Shown here: positions 48,041 to 56,182 of the stretch, piece by piece | How positions within the stretch are numbered: position 1 is the stretch's first letter | How the letters are laid out: each line of letters starts with the position of its first letter | Source of the DNA: a bacterium | GTDB lineage: Bacteria > Fidelibacterota > Fidelibacteria > Fidelibacterales > Fidelibacteraceae | Length of the DNA: 64,000 nt | Direction: 5' to 3' | Assembly: GCA_963676395.1 (NCBI GenBank) | Contig: OY781066.1 | Coordinates: forward strand, 224,001 to 288,000 | Position numbers and translations under genes: made by a program | The notes under the pieces: model-generated | Databases searched by the model: none | Told to the model about the DNA's origin: nothing | Seen by the model: only the letters and a program-made list of their open reading frames with translations

Positions 48041-48118
48041 AACAAGAGACAAGAGACAAAGTCCAAGAAACAAGTACATATTTATTTGTCTCTAGGGGTT
48101 TGATTCTTGTCTCTTGTT
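48041..48118. repeat. inverted ACAAGAG heptamer tracts in the tRNA-Pro/Arg spacer
   Basis: aacaagagacaaga (48041-48054) is the exact reverse complement of tcttgtctcttgtt (48105-48118). Confidence 0.8.
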
Positions 48119-48126
48119 GATTAAGG

Positions 48127-48200
48127 GCCCCGATAGCTCAATTGGATAGAGCAACGGTCTTCTAAACCGTAGGTTACAGGTTCGATTCCTGTTCGGGGTA
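48127..48200 (+). tRNA. tRNA-Arg (anticodon TCT)
   Basis: GCCCCGA/TCGGGGT acceptor, ACGGT-CTTCTAA-ACCGT anticodon arm, GTTCGAT. Confidence 0.96.
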
Positions 48201-48224
48201 CAAAAATATAAGACCTAGAGTTAT

Positions 48225-48256
48225 AAACGAGCATATAAATGCTCGTTTTTTATTTA
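48225..48256 (+). terminator. intrinsic terminator after the tRNA cluster
   Basis: aaacgagcat-ataa-atgctcgttt followed by T tract. Confidence 0.8.
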
Positions 48257-48296
48257 TTATAATATTACGACATCGGTTTTAGGCTTCTGATTCCTA

Positions 48297-48998
48297 TTAG
48301 TATCCAAAAAAAGGATCGGTAATAATATGTGAACGAACAATACCTCGATCTTTCAATTTCTTTCGAGTCTGTCTTAACATGGAGGGAGCGCCTGAAAGAT
48401 AATAATAAGCGGTATTTCCATAGGTCATACAGGCTTTATTCAACAATCTTGTACTTTCTTCCTTGGAATGAATTTGATGAATTTCTATTCGTTCATCTGC
48501 TAACGCAATTGCTTCAAGCTCATCATGATACAAATGTTCATTTTTTGCGGTATAGATCAAATTCACAAAGCGTTTATTAGATTTGGATAATTCCTTAAAT
48601 AAAGCTCTGATCGGTGTAATTCCAACCCCTGAGGCCAGCATCACAATTGGAGAATTCTCATCCTGTAGCGTAAACCATCCAAAAGGTCCATTCAAACGAA
48701 TACTTTCCCCGGGTTTAAGGGAGTTCATAACTTGCTTAAATGAAGATGGATTTGCTGATATCTTGGTAGCAAGTTTGATGACCCCCTCTTCAGGAATAGA
48801 GGAGATAGAAAAGCCACGATAACGCTTCCCTTTTACATGTTTACCGGGTAAAGTAAATAAGCCATGTTCTCCCGGTCGCCATCCTGGAAGGCCTTCGGAT
48901 GAAAAATCAAATTCAACAATATCATCATCCCAAGTACGTTTATCAAGAAGTTCAATATCTACACGTCTAAAAACACCTGAAATATCTCTCAATTTCAT
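48297..48998 (-). CDS. FAD/NAD(P)-binding oxidoreductase (ferredoxin-reductase-like)
   Basis: RGFSISS (RxYS), GPFG.F, ASGVGITPIRA, YLSG; no 2Fe-2S domain. Confidence 0.85.
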   Translation of the reverse strand: MKLRDISGVFRRVDIELLDKRTWDDDIVEFDFSSEGLPGWRPGEHGLFTLPGKHVKGKRYRGFSISSIPEEGVIKLATKISANPSSFKQVMNSLKPGESIRLNGPFGWFTLQDENSPIVMLASGVGITPIRALFKELSKSNKRFVNLIYTAKNEHLYHDELEAIALADERIEIHQIHSKEESTRLLNKACMTYGNTAYYYLSGAPSMLRQTRKKLKDRGIVRSHIITDPFFGY

Positions 48999-49068
48999 AA
49001 ATAACTCCGTTATATTGCATCTTATATTCCCAAGAATATTAAAAGTTCGGATTAATTTACACAAAACA

Positions 49069-49093
49069 AAAAGCCTTGAAATTAATCCAAGGC
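49069..49093 (-). terminator. possible intrinsic terminator
   Basis: gccttg...caaggc stem, T tract on minus strand. Confidence 0.5.
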
Positions 49094-49117
49094 ATATAAT
49101 ACGTTTCTGATCTTTAA

Positions 49118-49429
49118 TTAGTCATTTAATTTAATTTCTATAAACTGCTTAAATACACCGATCCAAACGGTATGACTGCCCTCGACCTCAAGTTTATAAA
49201 TTGAAAACAACAAATAATCCTGTCGCACTGTGATCGTTCTCAATAAAGGTGACATAAACATATTCGTAATTGCTCCACCTACAACAGTCTCTGAATTTTT
49301 TAATGCTCTATTTTGTGCCCAATCAAAAAATTCATCCTTACCGGGATTTGTAATAATCATCATTACGATTATAATAACTAAAATTAAACTGGAACCCCCG
49401 GCTCGTTTGTGTTTGCGCTTACTCATCAT
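49118..49429 (-). CDS. small membrane-anchored protein (DUF4359-like)
   Basis: TM helix followed by ITNP..DEF..W, R.DYLLFSIY, IGVF.QF. Confidence 0.65.
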   Translation of the reverse strand: MMSKRKHKRAGGSSLILVIIIVMMIITNPGKDEFFDWAQNRALKNSETVVGGAITNMFMSPLLRTITVRQDYLLFSIYKLEVEGSHTVWIGVFKQFIEIKLND

Positions 49430-50000
49430 TCACATCCTTAACTTTGTATTTAAAAATCATATCACAAGGTGGCAAAAAATTATCTCTCTGCCAAAAATAG
49501 ATACTACCAAAATCTAAGCATAACTGGTTATCCGGTTCAATTGAAAAGTAAGTTATATTAATATTATCCAATATATTCAATTTATACTCAACTCTTTTGA
49601 TCGGTTCCTGCCAGGAATAGGTAGATAAAAGTATATATCGGGCATAATCGGAAAATAATCTTTGTTTATACCCAATATAAACCGATGTACACTTTTTAGT
49701 ATTAAGTAAAAAAGTGATCCCACTTTTATCTTTCTTCATTTTAAAGGGAATATCAATCTTACTATCCATATCTTTAACAAATATATTATAAGCTTCACCC
49801 ATTAGGTCATCGTCGGGAAAAGGATATAGAATCAGATGATTCATGGGTTTATCAGGACTAAAGTAGTAAACACCCATAACGGAAAACACAGAATCCTTAA
49901 TTCCAAAACTAAGATCTTCTTCGACAAAATGTAATCCGGACTTTGCAAAGCAAAGTCCGGATAAAAACGCTAAAAGGATACAAGAAATTTTCTTTATCAT
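49419..50000 (-). CDS. hypothetical secreted protein
   Basis: Signal peptide MIKKISCILLAFLSGLCFA; overlaps both neighbours, suggesting an operon. Confidence 0.65.
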   Translation of the reverse strand: MIKKISCILLAFLSGLCFAKSGLHFVEEDLSFGIKDSVFSVMGVYYFSPDKPMNHLILYPFPDDDLMGEAYNIFVKDMDSKIDIPFKMKKDKSGITFLLNTKKCTSVYIGYKQRLFSDYARYILLSTYSWQEPIKRVEYKLNILDNINITYFSIEPDNQLCLDFGSIYFWQRDNFLPPCDMIFKYKVKDVNDE

Positions 50001-50998
50001 TTCATAATTTGTAATTTTTTGCTGGCCAATTGCTTATTTCCCTTCTGAAGTGACATAATATATGTCCCCTGTGCCAAATGCGAGCAATCATACCTCACTT
50101 GATGCGATGAGGGAATAAAGCTATCGACTCTACGACCGGTAAGATCATAAACATTCATACGCAAAGCAGATGCTTCGATATCGGTATTACCTATCACAAA
50201 CCAGGAATAATCGGTTGCAGGCTGTGGATAATTATTCAACATAATGGGAGATTGAATGACGGGTTTGATAGAGGTAAGCACTTTTTTTGAAATAAAATTC
50301 ACTTCGATACTATCTCCCGGTTCAAGATAAAATTCAATAGGATAAAATTCCCAGACCTCAGCGTCCGGACTAGTACTATTATATCTCAAAGCATCATAAT
50401 AATAGTATCTTGCATCTCGTGTTGCTGTATAAAATCCTGTTGAATCAGTATATAAATAAGGATTCCACATTATATTGTAGAATACAAATTTTTCATCCTT
50501 AATTGGTTTGCTTGCTCCATCATAAAAGTGCCCATAAATTGTACATTTTTGAAACTCATTGTATATATCGCCAATTTTGGGTTCATTGCTTTTACTATAA
50601 GAAGAGCTGTGCATATCATAAACGATGGACTGATCTGAAGAAATATTCCTTAAATAGGAATCTTGATATGTCCCAATATTCACACTTTTTTTATAATATT
50701 CACTTCCATAATACAATTTAAGTCCAACACAATCGTTATTTTTATCGAATTTTATTTCTTTATCAAGATTATCTTGAGTAACAACAACAACATCTTCAGA
50801 CACTTGAAATTCTAAGACTTTTGCGGAATCGGATTTATTAAATATAAATATACTATCTATACCATTTTCATAATTAATTTCTATAAACCAATTATCGGGA
50901 GCGATAATTTGGAATTCATGAACAGTTGGGCTTGAATCAATCGGATTCCCGAGCAACATACATGTACTTATGAGCAATAAAATCGTTAAATGTTTCAT
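49997..50998 (-). CDS. secreted protein with T9SS type-A-like C-terminal domain
   Basis: GGAG RBS, signal MKHLTILLLISTCMLLG; C-terminal NYPQPA...VYDLTGR.V...LAQGTYI......SKKLQIMK. Confidence 0.75.
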   Translation of the reverse strand: MKHLTILLLISTCMLLGNPIDSSPTVHEFQIIAPDNWFIEINYENGIDSIFIFNKSDSAKVLEFQVSEDVVVVTQDNLDKEIKFDKNNDCVGLKLYYGSEYYKKSVNIGTYQDSYLRNISSDQSIVYDMHSSSYSKSNEPKIGDIYNEFQKCTIYGHFYDGASKPIKDEKFVFYNIMWNPYLYTDSTGFYTATRDARYYYYDALRYNSTSPDAEVWEFYPIEFYLEPGDSIEVNFISKKVLTSIKPVIQSPIMLNNYPQPATDYSWFVIGNTDIEASALRMNVYDLTGRRVDSFIPSSHQVRYDCSHLAQGTYIMSLQKGNKQLASKKLQIMK

Positions 50999-51146
50999 AT
51001 CCGCTCCATTTTTATTATTTAAATACCTGTACAAAAGGTAACCTAAAGAAAGGATAGTGTCAAGTTAATATTGTATCAAATATACTTCTTTATTGAAGTA
51101 TAAAATTGACCTATAATACAATTAACGATCACCTAGCACTACTAAT

Positions 51147-51623
51147 TTACTGCCTTTCAATGTCATCTAACTTCTTCTTATATATTCGGGCTTCATCCCC
51201 ATCTGGTTGATAAGCTATACCGATGTATTCCCAATTGTAACGTTCATAAAAACTTATGTGATCGGTTGAAAGATACAATGCTTTGTATCCGACGCGTTTT
51301 GCTTCTTGCTCAGCATAGGCAAGCAATTTCCCTGCAAGTCCTTGCTTACGATGAGCTTCTTCTACGAAAACTCCACATAGCCAGGGATAAAGATCATGAC
51401 GAGAGATATAGTCATTCGCAATTAACCCGCAACAGCCAACGATCTCAATACCTATGACCGCAACAAAAAATTGCGGTATATCTTTGTAATTACAGTTCTT
51501 GATCGCATCTTCGATAAAATTGAAGTTACCTTCTCTTCCCCATTTTGAATGATAGTAAGCTATGGCTTTATCAATACCTTCGGAGTAATCGTATATGCGA
51601 ATTATTGTATAGTCGTTTTTCAT
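51147..51623 (-). CDS. GNAT-family N-acetyltransferase
   Basis: LYPWLCGVFVEEAHRKQGLAGKL, LYLSTD...FYERYNW. Confidence 0.9.
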   Translation of the reverse strand: MKNDYTIIRIYDYSEGIDKAIAYYHSKWGREGNFNFIEDAIKNCNYKDIPQFFVAVIGIEIVGCCGLIANDYISRHDLYPWLCGVFVEEAHRKQGLAGKLLAYAEQEAKRVGYKALYLSTDHISFYERYNWEYIGIAYQPDGDEARIYKKKLDDIERQ

Positions 51624-51822
51624 TGATTTCCATTTTTAAAAATTCATTGTTTTTTTCATGAAATAAAATATCTTCCGATTTTAAGTTCGAACATGCTAAA
51701 GTCAATCTCATTTTACCGCTGAAAGGATCATATTTATGTTTGCGCAGAGTTTATAGTTACTTGCTTTTATCATCCAGCAAATCATTCATCCTCACAAATA
51801 CATTCTATTTGCTATCCGCCTA

Positions 51823-54030
51823 CTACTCAAACAAAGATGCATCACCTGAATTATAAACCAAGATCACTTCACCCGGAAGTGTCATGATCTCCTTTAATTC
51901 ATGCATTTGTTCTTTGACTTTTCCTTCTTCGTTTTCAGGGACAAAACCGGTAAACAGTACAGCAGAAGGCTCAAGATTATCGCGAACCGCTTCTAATGGG
52001 TCCTCACAGGGAAGCACCAAAACATCGGCTTCAATTCTTGAGAGTGTTAGCATCTCCTTGATTTCATTTTTCAAGTTAAGAACATCCGCCTTGGGTGCCA
52101 CCGTGCGTAGGATTCTGATAGATTTTCCACGCCATTGCCTATTTTGTTTTAACAAGAATGCCATTAGCAAAGAAAGTGGGCCATTCGTTGAATCGTTCCA
52201 CCAGATGTTAATTGCCCCCGAAGCTACAGTCCAAGTCGCTTCTTCGCGTTCTGATTTTACCACTAAAACCGAACGATGCATGTTTTTTGCTAAATCAAGA
52301 ATGGTAGAAAACACGCCAATATTATCCGGATCTTTCGTCCACCCCAAAAGTAATGTATTCGGTCGCAGACCGCCAATACCATGAACTTGTAACAAAGCTT
52401 TTAGTGCGGCCGTAAAATCATCATCAACCACTACCACAGGAAAAGCCGGCAGCTTTTCTTCCCTTAAAAATTTACGCATAAGTTTTTCGGCTTCATTTCT
52501 TCTCACATAACGATCTTCCAGTTCACCGCTCATAACCTGAGCCAGAGAAACGATTCCACGGTTTGCAGAAAATAAACAGGCATAGTTAGCAAGATTCGAA
52601 CGGTTAAAAGCACCCCCGCTAAGCGTAAGAATAGATGGACGCCAATTTTTGGGATGGTAGTCCTCACTTTCAAGTTTTAATAGAGCTTTTCTTGCACGCT
52701 GAAAAGCTAAACCTGATATCATATCACCCCACGAAACGGATATTTTTCGTCTTAGGATATAAAAATACATAGCCGCAACAAGAATGATAGCAATAAGTGC
52801 AAACAAAGGTGATATAAGAATCATTACCGCAAAACAACCAATGGCACCGATAAGGGGTATCGACCAGTGCCAAATCTTAAACACCGGACGAAAACTGGGA
52901 TTAGCAGATGCGATCTCAAAAAAACACGCTAAATTTACCGTACCGTATGTGATCAAAAAAAACATCGTAATGATAGGCGCAATCGTATTTAAATCACCGG
53001 CAAATATTGCTATGGAAGAAATAACAAAGGTAAGAATAATACCACGACGAGGTTCATTGGAAGGACCACTACCTTTCCCAAAGAATTCCAGCGGCTTGAT
53101 AATATCGTCTTTTGCAAAAGCCTGCAATATACGTGGAGCTCCCATCATAGATCCCAAAGCAGAAGACAATGTAGCGGCAAATACGCCGGCATAGATCATC
53201 GGGCCCCACCATGCAGTATCCATCATAACAAAGCTATCACTTAAAAGTGTTTCTCTTGTACTGCTTGCAGCCAAAAGATAAGCAACACCCAAATAGATTA
53301 TGGCGGTAAATGAGATCGCAAGTAAAGTTCCCAATGGAATAGCTTTCCGAGGTTCTTTTAAGTCCCCTGACATATTCACACCTGCCATAATACCGGTAAC
53401 AGCCGGGAAGAAAATGGCAAATACACTAAAAAAGTTAAATTCACCTGTCCATTGTGGCTGCAAGTTCATCTGCAAAATTTCGGGTGATGAGTTTTTCAAG
53501 GCACCAACCACAAAGGATACAATCGATAATAACAATACGGCAAGGATGCCATATTGTATTTTAATTGTCCAACTCGCACCTACATAGACTAAAACAAATA
53601 CAATAACATTCGTAATAAGAGCTACCGTTTGAAAAGACCATCCAATATTCGGGAAAGCGGAAAAAATCGCTTCGGTAAAACCGACAACATACAGAGTTAC
53701 CGCAACGGCCTGAGCAATATAAAAGAAAATTGCGATCACGCCACCGAATTCAACACCCAATGACCGTGAGATCATAAAATATGCTCCCCCGCCCTTTACC
53801 TGCATATTGGTAGAGATCGAAGATAAAGACAAACCGGTAATCAATGAAATCATTTTGGCCGCTAGTAATATATATAAAGCACCCCATAAACCGGCATAAC
53901 CGACCACGTTAGCATATCGCAAGAACATGATCACACCAAGAATGGTTAATACCGAGGGAGTAAACACTCCACCAAAGAAGCCAAATTTGTGTGCACCTTT
54001 ATTTGAATTATTCGTTTTATTATTTGACAT
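51823..54030 (-). CDS. cation-chloride cotransporter (SLC12/CCC-like) APC-superfamily permease
   Basis: GVFTPS.LTILGVIMFLR, GGGAYFMISRSLGVEFGG, FFPAVTGIMAG.NMSGDL, NPSFRP, KNWRPSIL, GIGGLRPNTLLLGW. Confidence 0.88.
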   Translation of the reverse strand: MSNNKTNNSNKGAHKFGFFGGVFTPSVLTILGVIMFLRYANVVGYAGLWGALYILLAAKMISLITGLSLSSISTNMQVKGGGAYFMISRSLGVEFGGVIAIFFYIAQAVAVTLYVVGFTEAIFSAFPNIGWSFQTVALITNVIVFVLVYVGASWTIKIQYGILAVLLLSIVSFVVGALKNSSPEILQMNLQPQWTGEFNFFSVFAIFFPAVTGIMAGVNMSGDLKEPRKAIPLGTLLAISFTAIIYLGVAYLLAASSTRETLLSDSFVMMDTAWWGPMIYAGVFAATLSSALGSMMGAPRILQAFAKDDIIKPLEFFGKGSGPSNEPRRGIILTFVISSIAIFAGDLNTIAPIITMFFLITYGTVNLACFFEIASANPSFRPVFKIWHWSIPLIGAIGCFAVMILISPLFALIAIILVAAMYFYILRRKISVSWGDMISGLAFQRARKALLKLESEDYHPKNWRPSILTLSGGAFNRSNLANYACLFSANRGIVSLAQVMSGELEDRYVRRNEAEKLMRKFLREEKLPAFPVVVVDDDFTAALKALLQVHGIGGLRPNTLLLGWTKDPDNIGVFSTILDLAKNMHRSVLVVKSEREEATWTVASGAINIWWNDSTNGPLSLLMAFLLKQNRQWRGKSIRILRTVAPKADVLNLKNEIKEMLTLSRIEADVLVLPCEDPLEAVRDNLEPSAVLFTGFVPENEEGKVKEQMHELKEIMTLPGEVILVYNSGDASLFE

Positions 54031-54356
54031 ATTCTTTCTCAATGTTTTCTGTTTAAATGGAATTATTCATGGATGTGATAATATTGCAATTAATTAACAA
54101 TTTGACAAAGGGTTTTCGTGAAAATATTTCCCCTCAATTTTATGGTATTTTTTTAATAGACTGACATTACCTATCTTCTATACTTCATTTTGGTTTACAT
54201 ACACAAATTTAAGCTTAGCATCATTCATCATTCTTTTTCGAAAGATTTTCCCTGAATAAATATTTCCCCCACAATTCCCCCACATTCATAACCTACTTAT
54301 AATCAGCATAATAAAATATCCTATTTCCATTATATGAGCTTATTTTGAAATAATTC

Positions 54357-54401
54357 TTGCAAATTAGTGGGTGATTGTGTAGATTTGTGGGAAGAAGTGG
54401 G
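54357..54401 (+). promoter_or_regulatory. dcw promoter overlapped by MraZ-binding boxes
   Basis: TTGCAA-17 bp-TAGATT; GTGGG/GTGTA/GTGGG/GTGGG at 54367, 54377, 54387 and 54397 (10-bp phase). Confidence 0.85.
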
Positions 54402-54467
54402 TGTATTCTCATTTCTTCACCGTTGGGTTAGAGGCCAACGGTATCAGAGGTAAAAGGAATAGGTAGA

Positions 54468-54935
54468 GTGGGTTACACAGACTACATAGGTACAAAAGAG
54501 GTTACAGTCGATACCAAGCACCGTGTCAATATACCGGCACAGTTCAGGAAAAATATGGCTGAAGAAAATGTATCGGAAGTAGTCATATCAAGGGCACTGG
54601 ACTCGCAGCATCTGGATATTTATCCCCTTCCCATGTGGATTAAGATCAGGGATAAACTAACCGCTTCGATGCAGCTAATGAACCGGACGCACCGGTCAGT
54701 CCTGCGCCGCATGACCCAGGATGCAGCTCATTGCAAACTGGATAGTCAGGGCCGAGTCATGTTAACGCCCGACTTAATGAAATTCGCGGGAATCACGGAC
54801 GGTAGTACCGTCAAGGTCCTTGGAGTCAGTAGCTTCATGGAGATGTGGAATCCGGAAATTCATACAGAACATGAGGAAAACACCCCACTTACAGATGAGA
54901 TTTACGAAAAACTTGAGAATGTTCCGCTAATTTAA
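54468..54935 (+). CDS. mraZ: transcriptional regulator MraZ
   Basis: Two motifs DTKHRVNIP and DSQGRVML; first gene of the dcw cluster; GTG start. Confidence 0.92.
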   Translation: MGYTDYIGTKEVTVDTKHRVNIPAQFRKNMAEENVSEVVISRALDSQHLDIYPLPMWIKIRDKLTASMQLMNRTHRSVLRRMTQDAAHCKLDSQGRVMLTPDLMKFAGITDGSTVKVLGVSSFMEMWNPEIHTEHEENTPLTDEIYEKLENVPLI

Positions 54936-54944
54936 GGGAAGAAC

Positions 54945-55862
54945 ATGTCAATTTCGTACCGACACACATCGGTGCTTTTAAATGAAACTGTTGATCAGCT
55001 CATTACAAAGCCCGAAGGAGTGTACATTGATGCAACCTGCGGTTTGGGAGGCCATTCCGAAGAAATCGCAAAGCGTTTGTCCGCAAATGCCATGCTATAT
55101 TCTTTCGATTTGGATCCCAGTGCACTGGATTTTGCGCGTGAGCGTCTCAAAGCTTACCCTAATACACATTTTATTCAACAAAACTTCGACAAAATAAAAA
55201 TGTCGCTTATATCACGAGATATTGAGCACTTTGATGGCATTCTATATGACCTGGGTATCTCGAGCATGGAAATCGACTCTCCTGAGCGAGGCTTCTCGTT
55301 TATGCAGGATGGTCCACTTGACATGCGCATGGGAAAAACCGATCTCACGGCGGCAGATATTGTAAATACATATTCTCAAAGCGATCTGGAAAAGATCTTC
55401 CGGGAATACGGAGAAGAACGTTTTTCAGGACGTATCGCAAGAGTTATTGTAGAGTCTCGTCCCTTTGTACGCACTCTCCCCTTGGTCGATTGCATTAAAA
55501 CGGTCGTCCATGGCAAATACGTTACAAAAACATTAGCAAGAATATTTCAAGCACTGCGAATTGAAGTTAACCATGAGCTCGATGCGATTAAAAAAAGCTT
55601 AAGCGATGCACTCGACATGCTTAATCCGGGAGGTCGTATCGTAGTGATCTCTTTTCATTCTTTAGAAGACCGCATCGTAAAAAACTTTTTTCAAGATGCC
55701 TCCAAAGATTGTATTTGCCCACCGGAATCACCGGTTTGCACCTGCGATCATCGAGCTGTTGCTAAAAAGATCACACGCAAACCGATCATCCCAAGCGAAA
55801 TAGAGTTAAAAGAAAACCCAAGAAGTAGATCGGCAAAATGCCGCGTATTGGAGAAACTATGA
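54945..55862 (+). CDS. rsmH: 16S rRNA m4C1402 methyltransferase
   Basis: H.SVLL.E, DATCGLGGHS, DLGISSM, RGFSF...GPLDMRM, FQALRIEVN, SFHSLEDR, NPRSRSAK. Confidence 0.97.
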   Translation: MSISYRHTSVLLNETVDQLITKPEGVYIDATCGLGGHSEEIAKRLSANAMLYSFDLDPSALDFARERLKAYPNTHFIQQNFDKIKMSLISRDIEHFDGILYDLGISSMEIDSPERGFSFMQDGPLDMRMGKTDLTAADIVNTYSQSDLEKIFREYGEERFSGRIARVIVESRPFVRTLPLVDCIKTVVHGKYVTKTLARIFQALRIEVNHELDAIKKSLSDALDMLNPGGRIVVISFHSLEDRIVKNFFQDASKDCICPPESPVCTCDHRAVAKKITRKPIIPSEIELKENPRSRSAKCRVLEKL

Positions 55863-56182
55863 CAAAGATCGTAAAACCACAGGATATTAACAAAGTTGCT
55901 TTTCTTGAAAAACCCTTTGTATTTAAAGGCCTTATGATCCTTATGGTCGTTTTAACGCTTATTTTATACATGTATATACGCAACGGACTTGAGGCTTACA
56001 ATTCCAGAAACATCACGTTAGAAGAAAATAATGCTCAAATGCAGCAGGAATTAGTCTACTTAAATTCTGAACTGAATGATCTTTCTCGTCCGGGTGAAAT
56101 ACAAAAACTTGCTAAAGAGAAACTGGGTATGGTCAATTCAACACCACAAGCGGATGTTATTTTTATAACAAAAAGAAAATGA
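55859..56182 (+). CDS. ftsL: cell division protein FtsL
   Basis: Single TM plus coiled coil, LSRP.EI..LA.EKLGM; position between rsmH and ftsI. Confidence 0.8.
   Translation: MTKIVKPQDINKVAFLEKPFVFKGLMILMVVLTLILYMYIRNGLEAYNSRNITLEENNAQMQQELVYLNSELNDLSRPGEIQKLAKEKLGMVNSTPQADVIFITKRK

Noticed and set aside
48127..54030. Genomic island integrated at tRNA-Arg
   Set aside because: No integrase, and I found no duplicated tRNA 3' end; also none for tRNA-Leu at 27253.
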